Positions 27,367-37,471 are shown, numbered from the stretch's first letter. The stretch is 52,260 nt of DNA from a virus (IMGVR_UViG_3300030419_007568:1-52260); one strand, 5' to 3'. Notes: generated by a model from the letters alone, not told the origin. Translations and numbers: made by a program.

Positions 27367-28739
27367 CTTTCGATGCCACGCTCCTTGAAGAAATCATCTA
27401 AAACATCTTCGATATAATCGAGCTTCTCTGCGGTCAATCCGATATAAGTGCCCAAGAAAAACGTTTGTTTTGTAACAATGTCGGCGTTAGGAAATCTTGT
27501 TACAAGATCGCCGTAATCATTTCCATACTTTTCTGCAAAATCTCTATAAGCAGGATGATACAGACAATTTCCTGTAAAATAAGATCTTGTTTGTACTTTG
27601 TTTTCCTCAAAATGTGAAACAAGCTCTTGTTTGTCAAAAACATCATTTTCTTTCACTGTTAATGCGTAACCAAACCAACAAGGGTCGGCTTTTTCCGTAG
27701 CCTTTGGTAGCATGAAAAAGTCCTCGTATTTAGAAAAAGTCCTTTCCATACGTTTGAAATTCTTACGGCGGGCTTCATCCATCTCTGGCAACTTATCAAG
27801 CTGATGTAGTCCCATTGCTGCCTGGAGATCTAAAGGCTTTGTGTTGAAGCCGATTTCATCAAAAACATAACGGTGATCATAACATATCTTATTCTTTCCA
27901 TCGTTTAACCATTCTTGAAATCTGTCGCCGCAGGCTGTTCCGGCTGTAACATCTCCTGGTTTTCTCTCGTTGCAATAACAAGCCCGTCCCCAGTCTCTAA
28001 TACTGGCTAAAACCTTTCTGATCCTGGCGTTGGAAGTTGCAGCAAAGCCTCCTTCCCCCATCGTCATGTGGTGTGCTGGAAAAAAAGAACAAGTCGAAAT
28101 AAGTCCGAAAGATCCTAATTTTTTCCCATCGTAATAGGAGCCCAAAGCATCACAACTATCCTCTAAAAAGTTTAAATTATACTTTTCAACCAAAGCCATC
28201 AATCTATCCATATTCGGAGGGTTACCAAGAACATGTGCGAAGGTTATTGCTCGAATGTTCGGATCTTTTTCAAGTTCCGCCTCAACCTCATCAAGATTTA
28301 AATTCATACTGGGTAAGTCTACATCAACGAAAACAGGCTCATACCCTGCTTGAATAAGGGGATTGATTGTAGTCGGAAAGCAAACGACTGGGGTGATAAA
28401 TTTAGACCCAGGCGGCATGTGGAATTTTTTCATTGCCAGTGACTTACTTTTGAAAACATTAGCCATCAAAAGATTGGCAGAACTTCCAGAGTTAGTTAAA
28501 ACACCATACCTCTTACCAAGGTGCTCTGGAAATACATTCTCAAAATGTCTTGCTTCTTTTCCGAAAATTAGCCATTCACTAAGTAATATCTTAATAGCGG
28601 AAGTATATTCGTCTGAACTGTAATAGGGTCCTGAGTAATTGACCCAGTCTTCTCCTCTGTTCCAACTCTCTGTTTTTCTTTTTTCGTCGATATACTCTTT
28701 GACTAAATTTAATATTTGATCTACTTTTTCGTTGGACAT
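27363..28739 (-). CDS. rfbH: NDP-4-keto-6-deoxyglucose 3-dehydratase (RfbH/DdhC)
   Basis: NSGSSANLL, EDSCDALGS, SFFPAHHMTMGEGG (His at the PLP-Lys position), RDWGRACYC, YDHRY. Confidence 0.88.
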   Translation of the reverse strand: MSNEKVDQILNLVKEYIDEKRKTESWNRGEDWVNYSGPYYSSDEYTSAIKILLSEWLIFGKEARHFENVFPEHLGKRYGVLTNSGSSANLLMANVFKSKSLAMKKFHMPPGSKFITPVVCFPTTINPLIQAGYEPVFVDVDLPSMNLNLDEVEAELEKDPNIRAITFAHVLGNPPNMDRLMALVEKYNLNFLEDSCDALGSYYDGKKLGSFGLISTCSFFPAHHMTMGEGGFAATSNARIRKVLASIRDWGRACYCNERKPGDVTAGTACGDRFQEWLNDGKNKICYDHRYVFDEIGFNTKPLDLQAAMGLHQLDKLPEMDEARRKNFKRMERTFSKYEDFFMLPKATEKADPCWFGYALTVKENDVFDKQELVSHFEENKVQTRSYFTGNCLYHPAYRDFAEKYGNDYGDLVTRFPNADIVTKQTFFLGTYIGLTAEKLDYIEDVLDDFFKERGIER

Positions 28740-29584
28740 TCCAACCCTCCATATATTTCAAATAAGCCTTTTTGAAATCCCGAAAACAAATCTTTGGGAA
28801 ATGTTTTAGCGCATAGTTTCCAATCACCAGTATAACTGTTAGTTCTTGTATTGTTTAGGGACAAACTATCGTTAGATAAACCAACAGTCCTTTCAAGTAT
28901 TTTTGAAATCTCTCCAAGGTTCATTTTTTCTTCGTAAACAAGGTTTACATCTCTCGGTAAATCAGTTTTTTCGTGGTTGTTCATATAAAATTCTATTGCT
29001 CGACAAACGTCTTTATCATAAAAAAAGTCCATCTTTTTACCTGAGTCTATTTCTGCCTTGGATTGGTTTTTTATTCCCTTATAGAGGATCTTTAATAATC
29101 TGTTTTCTGCCTCGTCAGCACCAAAACAACCAAAAAGCCTAAAGTTATAAACGTTGGAGTTGTGCCTGATAATTTTTCTTGTGATCATGTTTTTTGCTAA
29201 TCCGTAGAAATCTTCTGGCAGGGTGTCAAAAATCTTGTTTTCTTCAAATAAGTCTATATTGTTTCTGCGGTCAAATTCTGCTCCTGATCCAAAATTGATC
29301 ATAAGAGAATATTTTTGACGGCACTCAAATAAGTTTTCAAACATTTTTAAATTTAAAACATAATCCGAAAAAGTATCTGACTGTCCTCTTCTTCCTCCTT
29401 TTATGGCTGTATGGATAACGTAATCCGCTTTGTTGTTTTTAAACCAATCCAAAACCTGTGTTCGATCAGAAACATCCAATTCTTGCCTGGACAAAGGAAA
29501 GACTGTATGACCTTTTTGAATGAAATAATCACTTACTGATTTTCCGAGAAAACCACTAGCTCCTGTAACTAATATTTTTGTCAT
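28721..29584 (-). CDS. NAD-dependent sugar epimerase/reductase (extended SDR)
   Basis: TGASGFLG, GSGAEF, YGLAK, RLFGCFG. Confidence 0.85.
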   Translation of the reverse strand: MTKILVTGASGFLGKSVSDYFIQKGHTVFPLSRQELDVSDRTQVLDWFKNNKADYVIHTAIKGGRRGQSDTFSDYVLNLKMFENLFECRQKYSLMINFGSGAEFDRRNNIDLFEENKIFDTLPEDFYGLAKNMITRKIIRHNSNVYNFRLFGCFGADEAENRLLKILYKGIKNQSKAEIDSGKKMDFFYDKDVCRAIEFYMNNHEKTDLPRDVNLVYEEKMNLGEISKILERTVGLSNDSLSLNNTRTNSYTGDWKLCAKTFPKDLFSGFQKGLFEIYGGLECPTKK

Positions 29585-30063
29585 CGTCTTAAATTAAGGT
29601 AATTTGGTTTGTTATCAAAAAGAAACTCATCAACTATTTCTTCAAGTTCTTCTAAATCTTCTGGCCAATAGCCCGTTATTTTATCAAAGTTTGATATCAT
29701 CTTTTTATCGTCCTCTGCCCAGTGAGAAAACCCAAGATAGCCATAATCTTTATCACGTCCGCCTCCCAATAACTTAACTGGAATTTCTTCATGGTTAACA
29801 TAATTCCTGATAAATTCATAGGGCCTATAAAGAACAAACGGGGTTATCGAATACACCACTGGGATTAATCCCTCTGTGGCAAGCCCACACGCAGCGGCAA
29901 CCATGAGTTGCTCTGATGATCCGAAATCTTGAAACCTGTCTGGAAAGTCTATTTTTATCTTGTCCCAAAGTCCGTATCCAAGATCGCCTGTAAGTAGGAA
30001 AAGTCTTTGATCTTTTCCCATTTTGTCATGCAGTATGCTACTAAATTGTTTTCTCATTACCAA
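29581..30063 (-). CDS. Transketolase-like, pyrimidine-binding subunit
   Basis: LTGDLGYG, GSSEQLMVAAACGLA, YSITPF, GFSHWA, YLNL. Confidence 0.85.
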   Translation of the reverse strand: MVMRKQFSSILHDKMGKDQRLFLLTGDLGYGLWDKIKIDFPDRFQDFGSSEQLMVAAACGLATEGLIPVVYSITPFVLYRPYEFIRNYVNHEEIPVKLLGGGRDKDYGYLGFSHWAEDDKKMISNFDKITGYWPEDLEELEEIVDEFLFDNKPNYLNLRR

Positions 30064-30665
30064 AACCTAACCACACTTGAATGAAAGGGTATTCCTTCAC
30101 TAAATGTGTGTATAACTTGTGTTATAATTTTTTCATATTTTTTATTGACATATTCAAAAACTTCAAAGATTTCTGGTATAGATGTGTCATCAATTATGAG
30201 TAATTTTGAGGTAGCATTCTCCTTTTTATCATCTAATTGCAAAGCAATTTCTGCTAGTTGAAAATCTATCATAGCCATTTCTTTTGTATGATAACCATCT
30301 ATTATACAAACTCCAATATCTAAATCTACTATCTCTTTTTTTGAGAACTTAGACATAAAATCAGATGTTTTCATTTCATGAAATCTAACATTATCGAGTC
30401 CAGCTATATTTTCATGTAAAAGTCTTCTTGTTTGTTTCATTCCGTCTATTTTATTTAATCCATAATCCGGCACTTTTCCGTCGGATATGAACGGATCAAT
30501 ACCATGTATAGTTCTATTCGGAAATTGTTTTGATAGATCCGTTAAGTTGCGACCCTCAAAACAACCTATCTCCAGTATATTTCCCTCGGTAATTGAAAAT
30601 ATTTCCCATATTGAAGATAAAGGTAACAGGGAAAAACTATGTCCTTTAATAATGTTATCTAACAT
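30057..30665 (-). CDS. Class I SAM-dependent methyltransferase (Methyltransf_24-like)
   Basis: LEIGCFEG, GIDPF, IDGYH, IIDD. Confidence 0.8.
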   Translation of the reverse strand: MLDNIIKGHSFSLLPLSSIWEIFSITEGNILEIGCFEGRNLTDLSKQFPNRTIHGIDPFISDGKVPDYGLNKIDGMKQTRRLLHENIAGLDNVRFHEMKTSDFMSKFSKKEIVDLDIGVCIIDGYHTKEMAMIDFQLAEIALQLDDKKENATSKLLIIDDTSIPEIFEVFEYVNKKYEKIITQVIHTFSEGIPFHSSVVRFW

Positions 30666-31299
30666 TTTTATCCAACTCTTTTAATGCCAAATTATAATCA
30701 TCCTCACTCATTATGTGATAGTGTGCGTTCAGACCTTTTAGGAAAGAAAATTCATTCACTTTCGTATACCGTATATTTATGTCCGGTAAAAATGCCTGTA
30801 GTCTTTTGACTAGATAAGTTGAGTCTACTGCATCATAAGCAGAATACCCATTAACAGAGACATATACCTCAATATTCTTAAGATTGTTTTCGTAAATAAA
30901 CTTTAAACTTTCCCATATAGAGCCCTCGGCACACTCTCCGTCACTTATCAAGCAATAAACTTTTCTATCCTTATTTGCAAGTGCTTTCCCTACTGCAAAA
31001 GGAAGTCCCATACCCAAGCTTCCCGTAGAACAATATATACCATCTTTTTCATTTCGGTGCGGATGACCACCATGAACTTTAAACAATTTGGATGCATCGG
31101 CTCCTTCGTATTCTTCTAGAGCAACATACAATGCCAAGGCAGCGTGACCACAGGATAAGATAAAAATATCGTCCTCGGACTTGTTTGAGTATATTTCATC
31201 CACCACAGGAAGACAAGAAAAATAGCTCCCCAAGTGAGATAGTCTGTTTTGGAAAGCTATTTCGGTAATTCTTTTTTTCATTCTTATTAGAGTTTCCAT
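30655..31299 (-). CDS. Transketolase-like, ThDP-binding subunit
   Basis: SHLGS, LSCGHA, GHP, STGSLGMGL, SDGECAEGSIWE; start probably 31299. Confidence 0.88.
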   Translation of the reverse strand: METLIRMKKRITEIAFQNRLSHLGSYFSCLPVVDEIYSNKSEDDIFILSCGHAALALYVALEEYEGADASKLFKVHGGHPHRNEKDGIYCSTGSLGMGLPFAVGKALANKDRKVYCLISDGECAEGSIWESLKFIYENNLKNIEVYVSVNGYSAYDAVDSTYLVKRLQAFLPDINIRYTKVNEFSFLKGLNAHYHIMSEDDYNLALKELDKNVR

Positions 31300-32018
31300 T
31301 TTTCTCTCCAATGAGATTGTATCAAACTATCGTAATTTATTTTAGACCGATGCATTCCCCATGTAGCCTGTTCATCGTGCCATCTATAATTGTATCCCAA
31401 CCAACTTGGAACAGGTAATATAAAAAAACCCTTATCTGCAAGGTCGCAATAAAGATCATAATCAGCGGCACCGCTATATTTCTCTGGGTTTGTTTTTATC
31501 AACCCCTTATCGTATATTTCCCTCTTGTAAAAAACAGTGGGACTTGTTACAGGACACTTATTTACCGCCATATTTTTAAAATGCTCGATGTCATCATATT
31601 GATGACCCACCCTGTTTATCTCATTCCCGTTGGTATCTACTCCTCGGATAGGGCTCTGTATTAAGGAAATTTTATTCCTTAGCTTATCCATAATTTGGAC
31701 ACAGTTTTTTATGTAATCTTTTTCGTAATAATCATCAGAACACAAAGTTGTAATATAATCTCCAGTTGAAATCTCTAACCCTTTTTCTCTTGCCTCATCC
31801 CAGCAAAAGGGGTAAATGTTTTCAGCTTCTGAGAGGATTATGTTATTATTCTTGGAAGCTATATCCTCTAAAATCTTGTATGTGTTATCTGTACTCTCGT
31901 TGTCAACGGCGACTATTTCTATATTGTCGTATTCCTGTTCGATCACCGAGTTTATTGTCTTAGATATGTACTTCTCTGCATTATAACAGGGAATTATAAC
32001 CGATACTCTGGAACTCAT
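31287..32018 (-). CDS. GT2 glycosyltransferase
   Basis: VSVIIPCYNAEKYI, VDNESTD, CSDDY, ADYDL, YRWH. Confidence 0.92.
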   Translation of the reverse strand: MSSRVSVIIPCYNAEKYISKTINSVIEQEYDNIEIVAVDNESTDNTYKILEDIASKNNNIILSEAENIYPFCWDEAREKGLEISTGDYITTLCSDDYYEKDYIKNCVQIMDKLRNKISLIQSPIRGVDTNGNEINRVGHQYDDIEHFKNMAVNKCPVTSPTVFYKREIYDKGLIKTNPEKYSGAADYDLYCDLADKGFFILPVPSWLGYNYRWHDEQATWGMHRSKINYDSLIQSHWREKWKL

Positions 32019-32019
32019 T

Positions 32020-32325
32020 TTACCAATTTTCTGTATTCATCACCTTATCATCTATAAAAAGATCATAATAAGGTTTGTCAAGTTTTAAGTCGTGGTATCT
32101 TACCCCCCATTGGGATAATTGTTTCGTGGTTACATCAGTCCAATCAATACCACTAACGGCACCTCTGGCTGTCCAATATACTATGGTGTGCCCAGCATCA
32201 TAAAGATCGTTAGCTTTTTTTATATTTTCAACAATGGGTTCTGCCAATGTGTAATCACGAGCCACATTTGGTGATTCATTGGGATGATAACATATTGTTT
32301 CGTCAATATCAATGTAAATAATCAT
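32020..32325 (-). CDS. Small capless HAD-family phosphatase
   Basis: DIDETIC (DxD), WTARG, KP, FIDDK. Confidence 0.85.
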   Translation of the reverse strand: MIIYIDIDETICYHPNESPNVARDYTLAEPIVENIKKANDLYDAGHTIVYWTARGAVSGIDWTDVTTKQLSQWGVRYHDLKLDKPYYDLFIDDKVMNTENW

Positions 32326-33239
32326 ACTTTCAATATATTATCTAAGATCTTTGGCAGGCGTTGCTTGGACTCATGTTCTTTTAAAAATCTTTCGTGACCA
32401 TTTTCAGCTATCTTGTTTAAAATATTCTCATTTTTCAACAAAAAACTACACTTCTCGAAAAGCTCTGTGGCTCCTTCATATACAATAACTTCTTTGTCGA
32501 TATCATAATATTCTTCTAAGTTGGGAGTTTTTTCTGTACACAATACTGCTTTGCCGGCAGGGACCTCGAATAATCTTGCCTTAATTTGCCGGCGAGGCGG
32601 TGTCAAGGTCATGTTTTTCGAAAAGTTCAAACTTATCTTTGATCGAGAAAACAGTTCACACATGTCTTCGTGCGAAACACCATATTTGTACTCAACGGAC
32701 AACCCCTCCCTTGTTAATGCGTTTGTCAGACTTTGTCTTTCTGGGTTGGGGATGCCGCAAAAGGATATGTCGATATCTTTCGTTGTAACCTTGGGGTAGA
32801 AATCTAAATTTGTATGCCACATAGAGTGAATTATGTTGTTGTATCCAATTTCTTTAAACCTCTGTATATAATCGACCTCGACAGTAGAGCAAACATGAAA
32901 CAAGTTACACACCTTGCTAGAGAAGTTATCAAACCGCCAGGTGTCATCACAAAACCAGTTAAAAGTCTTACAGCGACCTTTTTGGGTTTCTTTCTCTATA
33001 TCTTCCCATGGTTCGTATGGGGTTAGTGATGGGTCACCCGTCATACAACAATAAATCAACTCAGGCTTAAAACTATCTACAACATCCGACAGTGACTTTT
33101 CTGGCTCTGTTGTGGTATCAAAGAAATGAACTTGGTGCCCTAATTGCAATAACGAATAATATGTATTCCAAAACCCAATGTCTATTTTGTGAACATTCCC
33201 TCTTCTAAGAGTTTTATTCCACACCATAACGATATTCAA
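32322..33239 (-). CDS. Glycosyltransferase (CgeB / Glyco_trans_1_2-like)
   Basis: NWFCDD, SRSKISLNF, KARLFEVPA, IAENGHERFLKEH. Confidence 0.82.
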   Translation of the reverse strand: MNIVMVWNKTLRRGNVHKIDIGFWNTYYSLLQLGHQVHFFDTTTEPEKSLSDVVDSFKPELIYCCMTGDPSLTPYEPWEDIEKETQKGRCKTFNWFCDDTWRFDNFSSKVCNLFHVCSTVEVDYIQRFKEIGYNNIIHSMWHTNLDFYPKVTTKDIDISFCGIPNPERQSLTNALTREGLSVEYKYGVSHEDMCELFSRSKISLNFSKNMTLTPPRRQIKARLFEVPAGKAVLCTEKTPNLEEYYDIDKEVIVYEGATELFEKCSFLLKNENILNKIAENGHERFLKEHESKQRLPKILDNILKV

Positions 33240-34084
33240 AATATCTCTCCTAAAATTTTTGATGGTATTGTCTCTCTTTTGTTTCTCATCTCATTTATCA
33301 AATCTTTACCTTTAAGAGAAAACCACTCCTCACTGGAAGCACCTATTTTACCATTAGTGATAGTTCTCATATTCATCATCCTAGCTTCTACTACCACTCG
33401 ACACAAAGTCTCTAAGGTCTCAGGCATAAATAAAAACGTCCTATTTTCACCTAATTTTTCTAAAAAACTATCATACGGCAAGTTTCCAACCAAATCATAC
33501 TCAAGCCCCTTGAACTTACAATATGCCACCGTTTGTGAAGTGTTTTTTATAGGGTTAAAAGAATCCCATATGGCTATTTTGTCTCTCTTTGATTTTTTAG
33601 AGTTTTCTTCAAGCAAATCTAGTGTCTTTAGATCCCACAAATTTCCTCCAAGATTGTGAATGTTTTTTGTTTTTAAGTTTTTCTTTACGACCTTTTTATG
33701 GAGGTCGCTTTGACAAAAAACAGCCCTAGCGTTTCTGTAAAAATCTAAGTTACAAAGGTATTCCTCCGGTGCAACATATTCAGGAAACCTTGAGGGATCT
33801 CTTGTTGTTAAATATTTGTGGTCATGTTCATAAATGCTATAATTCAAACCTTCATTGATAAGATATTCGATGGAGTTAGAATTCAGGTTTATAAAATTTC
33901 CTATCACAAAAGTGTGATCTTTGTTTTGCTTCAGATACTCAACACTTACAATCTCTGATTTGACTGGGCGGATGTTTATGTTTCTTGCCAGAACTAGTTT
34001 TATAAATTCGTCGTTGTTTAATTCTCCGCCCCCAGGTATTTGGTTCGCAAAAAAATCAGCAACAAAAATAATCTTTTTATTCAT
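33236..34084 (-). CDS. Putative GT-B glycosyltransferase-like protein
   Basis: GGGE N-terminal loop and ETLCRVVVEARMMN (Ex7E-like). Confidence 0.6.
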   Translation of the reverse strand: MNKKIIFVADFFANQIPGGGELNNDEFIKLVLARNINIRPVKSEIVSVEYLKQNKDHTFVIGNFINLNSNSIEYLINEGLNYSIYEHDHKYLTTRDPSRFPEYVAPEEYLCNLDFYRNARAVFCQSDLHKKVVKKNLKTKNIHNLGGNLWDLKTLDLLEENSKKSKRDKIAIWDSFNPIKNTSQTVAYCKFKGLEYDLVGNLPYDSFLEKLGENRTFLFMPETLETLCRVVVEARMMNMRTITNGKIGASSEEWFSLKGKDLINEMRNKRETIPSKILGEIF

Positions 34085-35351
34085 TATCTTCTAAGTTTTT
34101 TTCTATCTCTTTTAGCCAATCTGCTACCTCAAAAACTTCTGGTGGATAAACTTTGTTTATCATGTCTACATATTTTTCTTGTATTTTTTCTTCTGTGTTA
34201 TTTTCGAGTAGGTGGTCCTTTAGTTCTTCTGCCATTTTTAACTTGTGTCCGTGGGTTTCATAAACGTTTCTCATGACTTTCTTAAAAGACTTTTCATCAC
34301 TAAAAGCCCACTTTGATTCGGGGATGATTACATTTTCCCAGAGAACATTTTCTTGGACATTTTGTAGTTCATACTTCACTTTATTAAAGAGACATTTTTT
34401 ATCAGTTCGTCCATTTTTTTTCTGGTATGTTTTATATAAAAAATCCACATGCCCAGACCAAGCCGGAGCAATTACCGGAAGACCGCTATACGCCGCTTCA
34501 TAAATAGGTAACCCAAAACCTTCTCCGTGAGTTGTTGTAACATATGCCTTTACGAAATCATTGTTATACAGATAGTGAATTTCCTCATCCGACAAATTAC
34601 CATGCAAAAGATAAACCTTGCACTTTTTGTCTTCGATTTGAGCTATCCATTGTTTAATTTGTACGAGAATATTATGCCGATCTGGTGTTGAGTTGTTTGC
34701 TAAATTTGTTTTAATGATAAGTCCAACATCTTCATCATCCTTAAACTCTTCGGCAAACCATCTTACAGTTGCATCAAGACATTTTCTTGGTCCCGCTTGG
34801 GCAACTGTCAAAAAGTTAAATTTCGTAGATATATCTAAATCTATAGGAGAAGGTTCGATCGTTTTAACCGGGTACCCAATTACATCTATTGTCTTTTCGC
34901 ACTTCAGTAAAACTTCCGTACCTGTATTAGGGTCTCTTCCTGAGTGTTTTGATTTTAGAAAAACATCTTTCGCATGATTAGAAACAACAACAACATGGTC
35001 AACCTGATTACAGGCGTGTACCCATTGTGCCGAAGCTCTGTCTGTTTCAATTCCTGCCGTTACACCTATGTTTTTCTCAGCTAGCGGTTGCCATTCATTA
35101 GGTATCATAACCTGTAGAGATACGTTTGCCTTAAATCCTGCGCCAGCATGTTCTCTTTTCATAATGCATCTTTTGATTGCTTCATTCTCTTCATTATCCT
35201 TGTATGACCAACTTGTGGTACCCCAAACTGTTGGTTCGATATACACATCATATAAATCTGGTCGGGTCTGTAATGCTCTAAATACACACCGAACATGTTC
35301 TCCATATCCGCTGCGGCTGTATATTGGTCCTTTTAATAAAACAGATCTCAT
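34077..35351 (-). CDS. GT4-family glycosyltransferase
   Basis: SRSGYG, PRK, HGEGFGLPIYEAAYSGLPVIA; start ATG 35351 overlapping the upstream stop. Confidence 0.88.
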   Translation of the reverse strand: MRSVLLKGPIYSRSGYGEHVRCVFRALQTRPDLYDVYIEPTVWGTTSWSYKDNEENEAIKRCIMKREHAGAGFKANVSLQVMIPNEWQPLAEKNIGVTAGIETDRASAQWVHACNQVDHVVVVSNHAKDVFLKSKHSGRDPNTGTEVLLKCEKTIDVIGYPVKTIEPSPIDLDISTKFNFLTVAQAGPRKCLDATVRWFAEEFKDDEDVGLIIKTNLANNSTPDRHNILVQIKQWIAQIEDKKCKVYLLHGNLSDEEIHYLYNNDFVKAYVTTTHGEGFGLPIYEAAYSGLPVIAPAWSGHVDFLYKTYQKKNGRTDKKCLFNKVKYELQNVQENVLWENVIIPESKWAFSDEKSFKKVMRNVYETHGHKLKMAEELKDHLLENNTEEKIQEKYVDMINKVYPPEVFEVADWLKEIEKNLEDNE

Positions 35352-36619
35352 ACCTCTATTAACTCCCATCTTTTATGGTTTTTTCTTGTGTCCCAAGAGC
35401 CGTACTTTTCATGGATACCGAGCATGACTTCAACCCAGGTTTTATTAAAATCTTCAAAGTTGTAGTTCTTTTCAACGTGTGCTCTGCCTTTTCGTCCAAG
35501 TTCTCGACGCTCTTCTTCAGTCATCAGGAACATTCTTTCCATAGCGTCAACAACTTCATCCTCATTAAGACGGTCTTCTCTAATAAAAGGAACATTCAAT
35601 GATCCAATTATCGCTTTTGAACAAGGTTCAATACCAATACCAAACCAATCTTCTCCGTCGGTCACCTGTTCTTGAAGTCCTCCGGTCATATTAACAATAA
35701 TGGGAGTTTCACAAGACAGGGATTCTAGCGTTGCTAATCCAAAACCTTCAGCATCTGCTATGTTTATGGTGCAATCTGCCATGTTATACATTAAAGCAAG
35801 TTGATCAGGGTCTACTTTTTTCTTACTAAACACTACTTGTCCGTCTGTTAATCCTAGATGTTGTGTTATGAATTCAAGCGGTTGCCCATTTGGGTCAACA
35901 ACTTCTGTATGCATCAACAAACAGGCTTTATCGTGACCAACTTTATCAAGGAACTTCTTAAACCAAAATATTATAGTCCCGCTTTGTTTTCTTCTTGCGT
36001 TTCTGTTGTTCCAAAAAAATACAAATTTATTTTTTAAAAATGCGTTGTTATCTTTTGCGTCTTTCAATATACGGCTAGTATTCGGATCGTCCCTTAAATT
36101 CTTGAAATAATCAGGAACGGCGTGAGGTACATATTTCTCTTCAACTTCAGGAGCGACACCCCTAACACACTCGCTTGTTACTTTCGAGATTGTTGCTATA
36201 AAATCGTTGGAAGTGTAATAGGGCTTGTTGAAAACCGGAATCGGTTTATTGTCCCAAACGTGATAATAAACCATTGGAATATTTTCTCTGATTTCGTCTT
36301 CAATTTGCCATAACCAATCATAAAAACGAGGATCCGTCATGAACCATAAAATATCAGGTTTATGGGCGTGCAGAACTTGCCTTATCGTGTTAACATCACC
36401 ATACCCATCAACTGGGATTATCGTCCATGCTTCCCGCCATTCTTCTGTTTGCATCGGGGTATAGTCGGGGTGTTTAATAGCTCCTCCGAGGGAAATAATC
36501 TCAAATTTACCCGATCTTAAAAGTGCTTCTATCACATATTTTGTCTGTGTACCAACACCCGAAGGTAACATGGGGTGATCACTGATTGTTAAAACCTTTA
36601 TTTTTTTATCTTCTGACAA
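35348..36619 (-). CDS. GT4-family glycosyltransferase
   Basis: PSGVG, NRNARRK, AEGFGLATLESLSCETPII. Confidence 0.88.
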   Translation of the reverse strand: MSEDKKIKVLTISDHPMLPSGVGTQTKYVIEALLRSGKFEIISLGGAIKHPDYTPMQTEEWREAWTIIPVDGYGDVNTIRQVLHAHKPDILWFMTDPRFYDWLWQIEDEIRENIPMVYYHVWDNKPIPVFNKPYYTSNDFIATISKVTSECVRGVAPEVEEKYVPHAVPDYFKNLRDDPNTSRILKDAKDNNAFLKNKFVFFWNNRNARRKQSGTIIFWFKKFLDKVGHDKACLLMHTEVVDPNGQPLEFITQHLGLTDGQVVFSKKKVDPDQLALMYNMADCTINIADAEGFGLATLESLSCETPIIVNMTGGLQEQVTDGEDWFGIGIEPCSKAIIGSLNVPFIREDRLNEDEVVDAMERMFLMTEEERRELGRKGRAHVEKNYNFEDFNKTWVEVMLGIHEKYGSWDTRKNHKRWELIEV

Positions 36620-36631
36620 GTGAATATCCTC

Positions 36632-37471
36632 CTACGAACAATATTCCGTCTGGTAAAATTCGCAAACCCCAAAACGGTCTTTACAACTTGTACAAGCAGT
36701 ACGGTTCTTGATATAGTTCTGTTTGTTAATATTATGCAACGCTTTTGTTAAGGCGTTAAGTGCGTCTGTTGTTCTTTTTTTGGCTGCCGTCACCCGCACG
36801 AACTCAGCTTTCTTGCCAGGCTTGGCTGTGCGCTTCAATAAAACGAAGTGACAATCAACGTCTTTTGGATCTACGTCATATTTACGAGCATAAAAATGTT
36901 TGTAAAAAACAAGTTGATACGCCATAATCTTGTCGCTCTTTTTTTCACGACGCCATCCCCATGAGCAGGTTTTCCAATCAATCAGGTGAACCTTTTCATC
37001 CTTTTTGGAGTAGACTACAAGGTCAATAAAACCTTTGAAGTTTTTTTCTGCTTCCGTGAATTCGGTGATGGGAACATAGAGTTGTTCTTCTGCCTTGAGT
37101 ACTTCCCAATCCTCGCCGAGCTTACCAAACTTATCCACCAAACAGCGATAAAGGTCAGGGATGATGTCGAGACCATTTACAAGCCAATCTTTGAGTTTAA
37201 AATTAGCTTTAGCATCGTGCTGTGCGTCTTCGGGCAGAGCCTTCAATTCTTTCAGAAATTGCTCTTTAACTAGCGCATCAATCTTGCCCGGCTCTCTGTA
37301 CTTTTCGGGGGAAGTCAAAGTAAATTCACAAACAGTGTGAATGGCTTTCCCAAAAGCAGTGTAGATATTGCCCTCGAACTGGGCAACCTTGTCAATGTAA
37401 GTGAGTTTGTGGTAGTGAGGGCAGATGTGCCAGTTCCGCCACTCGGAATAGGAGATGTGTTTGCCAGCCAA
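36632..37471 (-). CDS. PD-(D/E)xK nuclease, Cas4/RecB-like
   Basis: ISYS...CP, FGKAIH, GFIDL, DWKT, QLxxY and a C-terminal Cys cluster. Confidence 0.85.
   Translation of the reverse strand: MAGKHISYSEWRNWHICPHYHKLTYIDKVAQFEGNIYTAFGKAIHTVCEFTLTSPEKYREPGKIDALVKEQFLKELKALPEDAQHDAKANFKLKDWLVNGLDIIPDLYRCLVDKFGKLGEDWEVLKAEEQLYVPITEFTEAEKNFKGFIDLVVYSKKDEKVHLIDWKTCSWGWRREKKSDKIMAYQLVFYKHFYARKYDVDPKDVDCHFVLLKRTAKPGKKAEFVRVTAAKKRTTDALNALTKALHNINKQNYIKNRTACTSCKDRFGVCEFYQTEYCS

Noticed and set aside
29581-31299. Transketolase as a pentose-phosphate auxiliary metabolic gene
   Set aside because: Split, truncated form embedded among NDP-sugar genes fits sugar tailoring better
36632-37471. CRISPR-Cas locus implied by the Cas4-like gene
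   Set aside because: No repeat-spacer array or other cas genes seen; solo Cas4-like nucleases are common in phages
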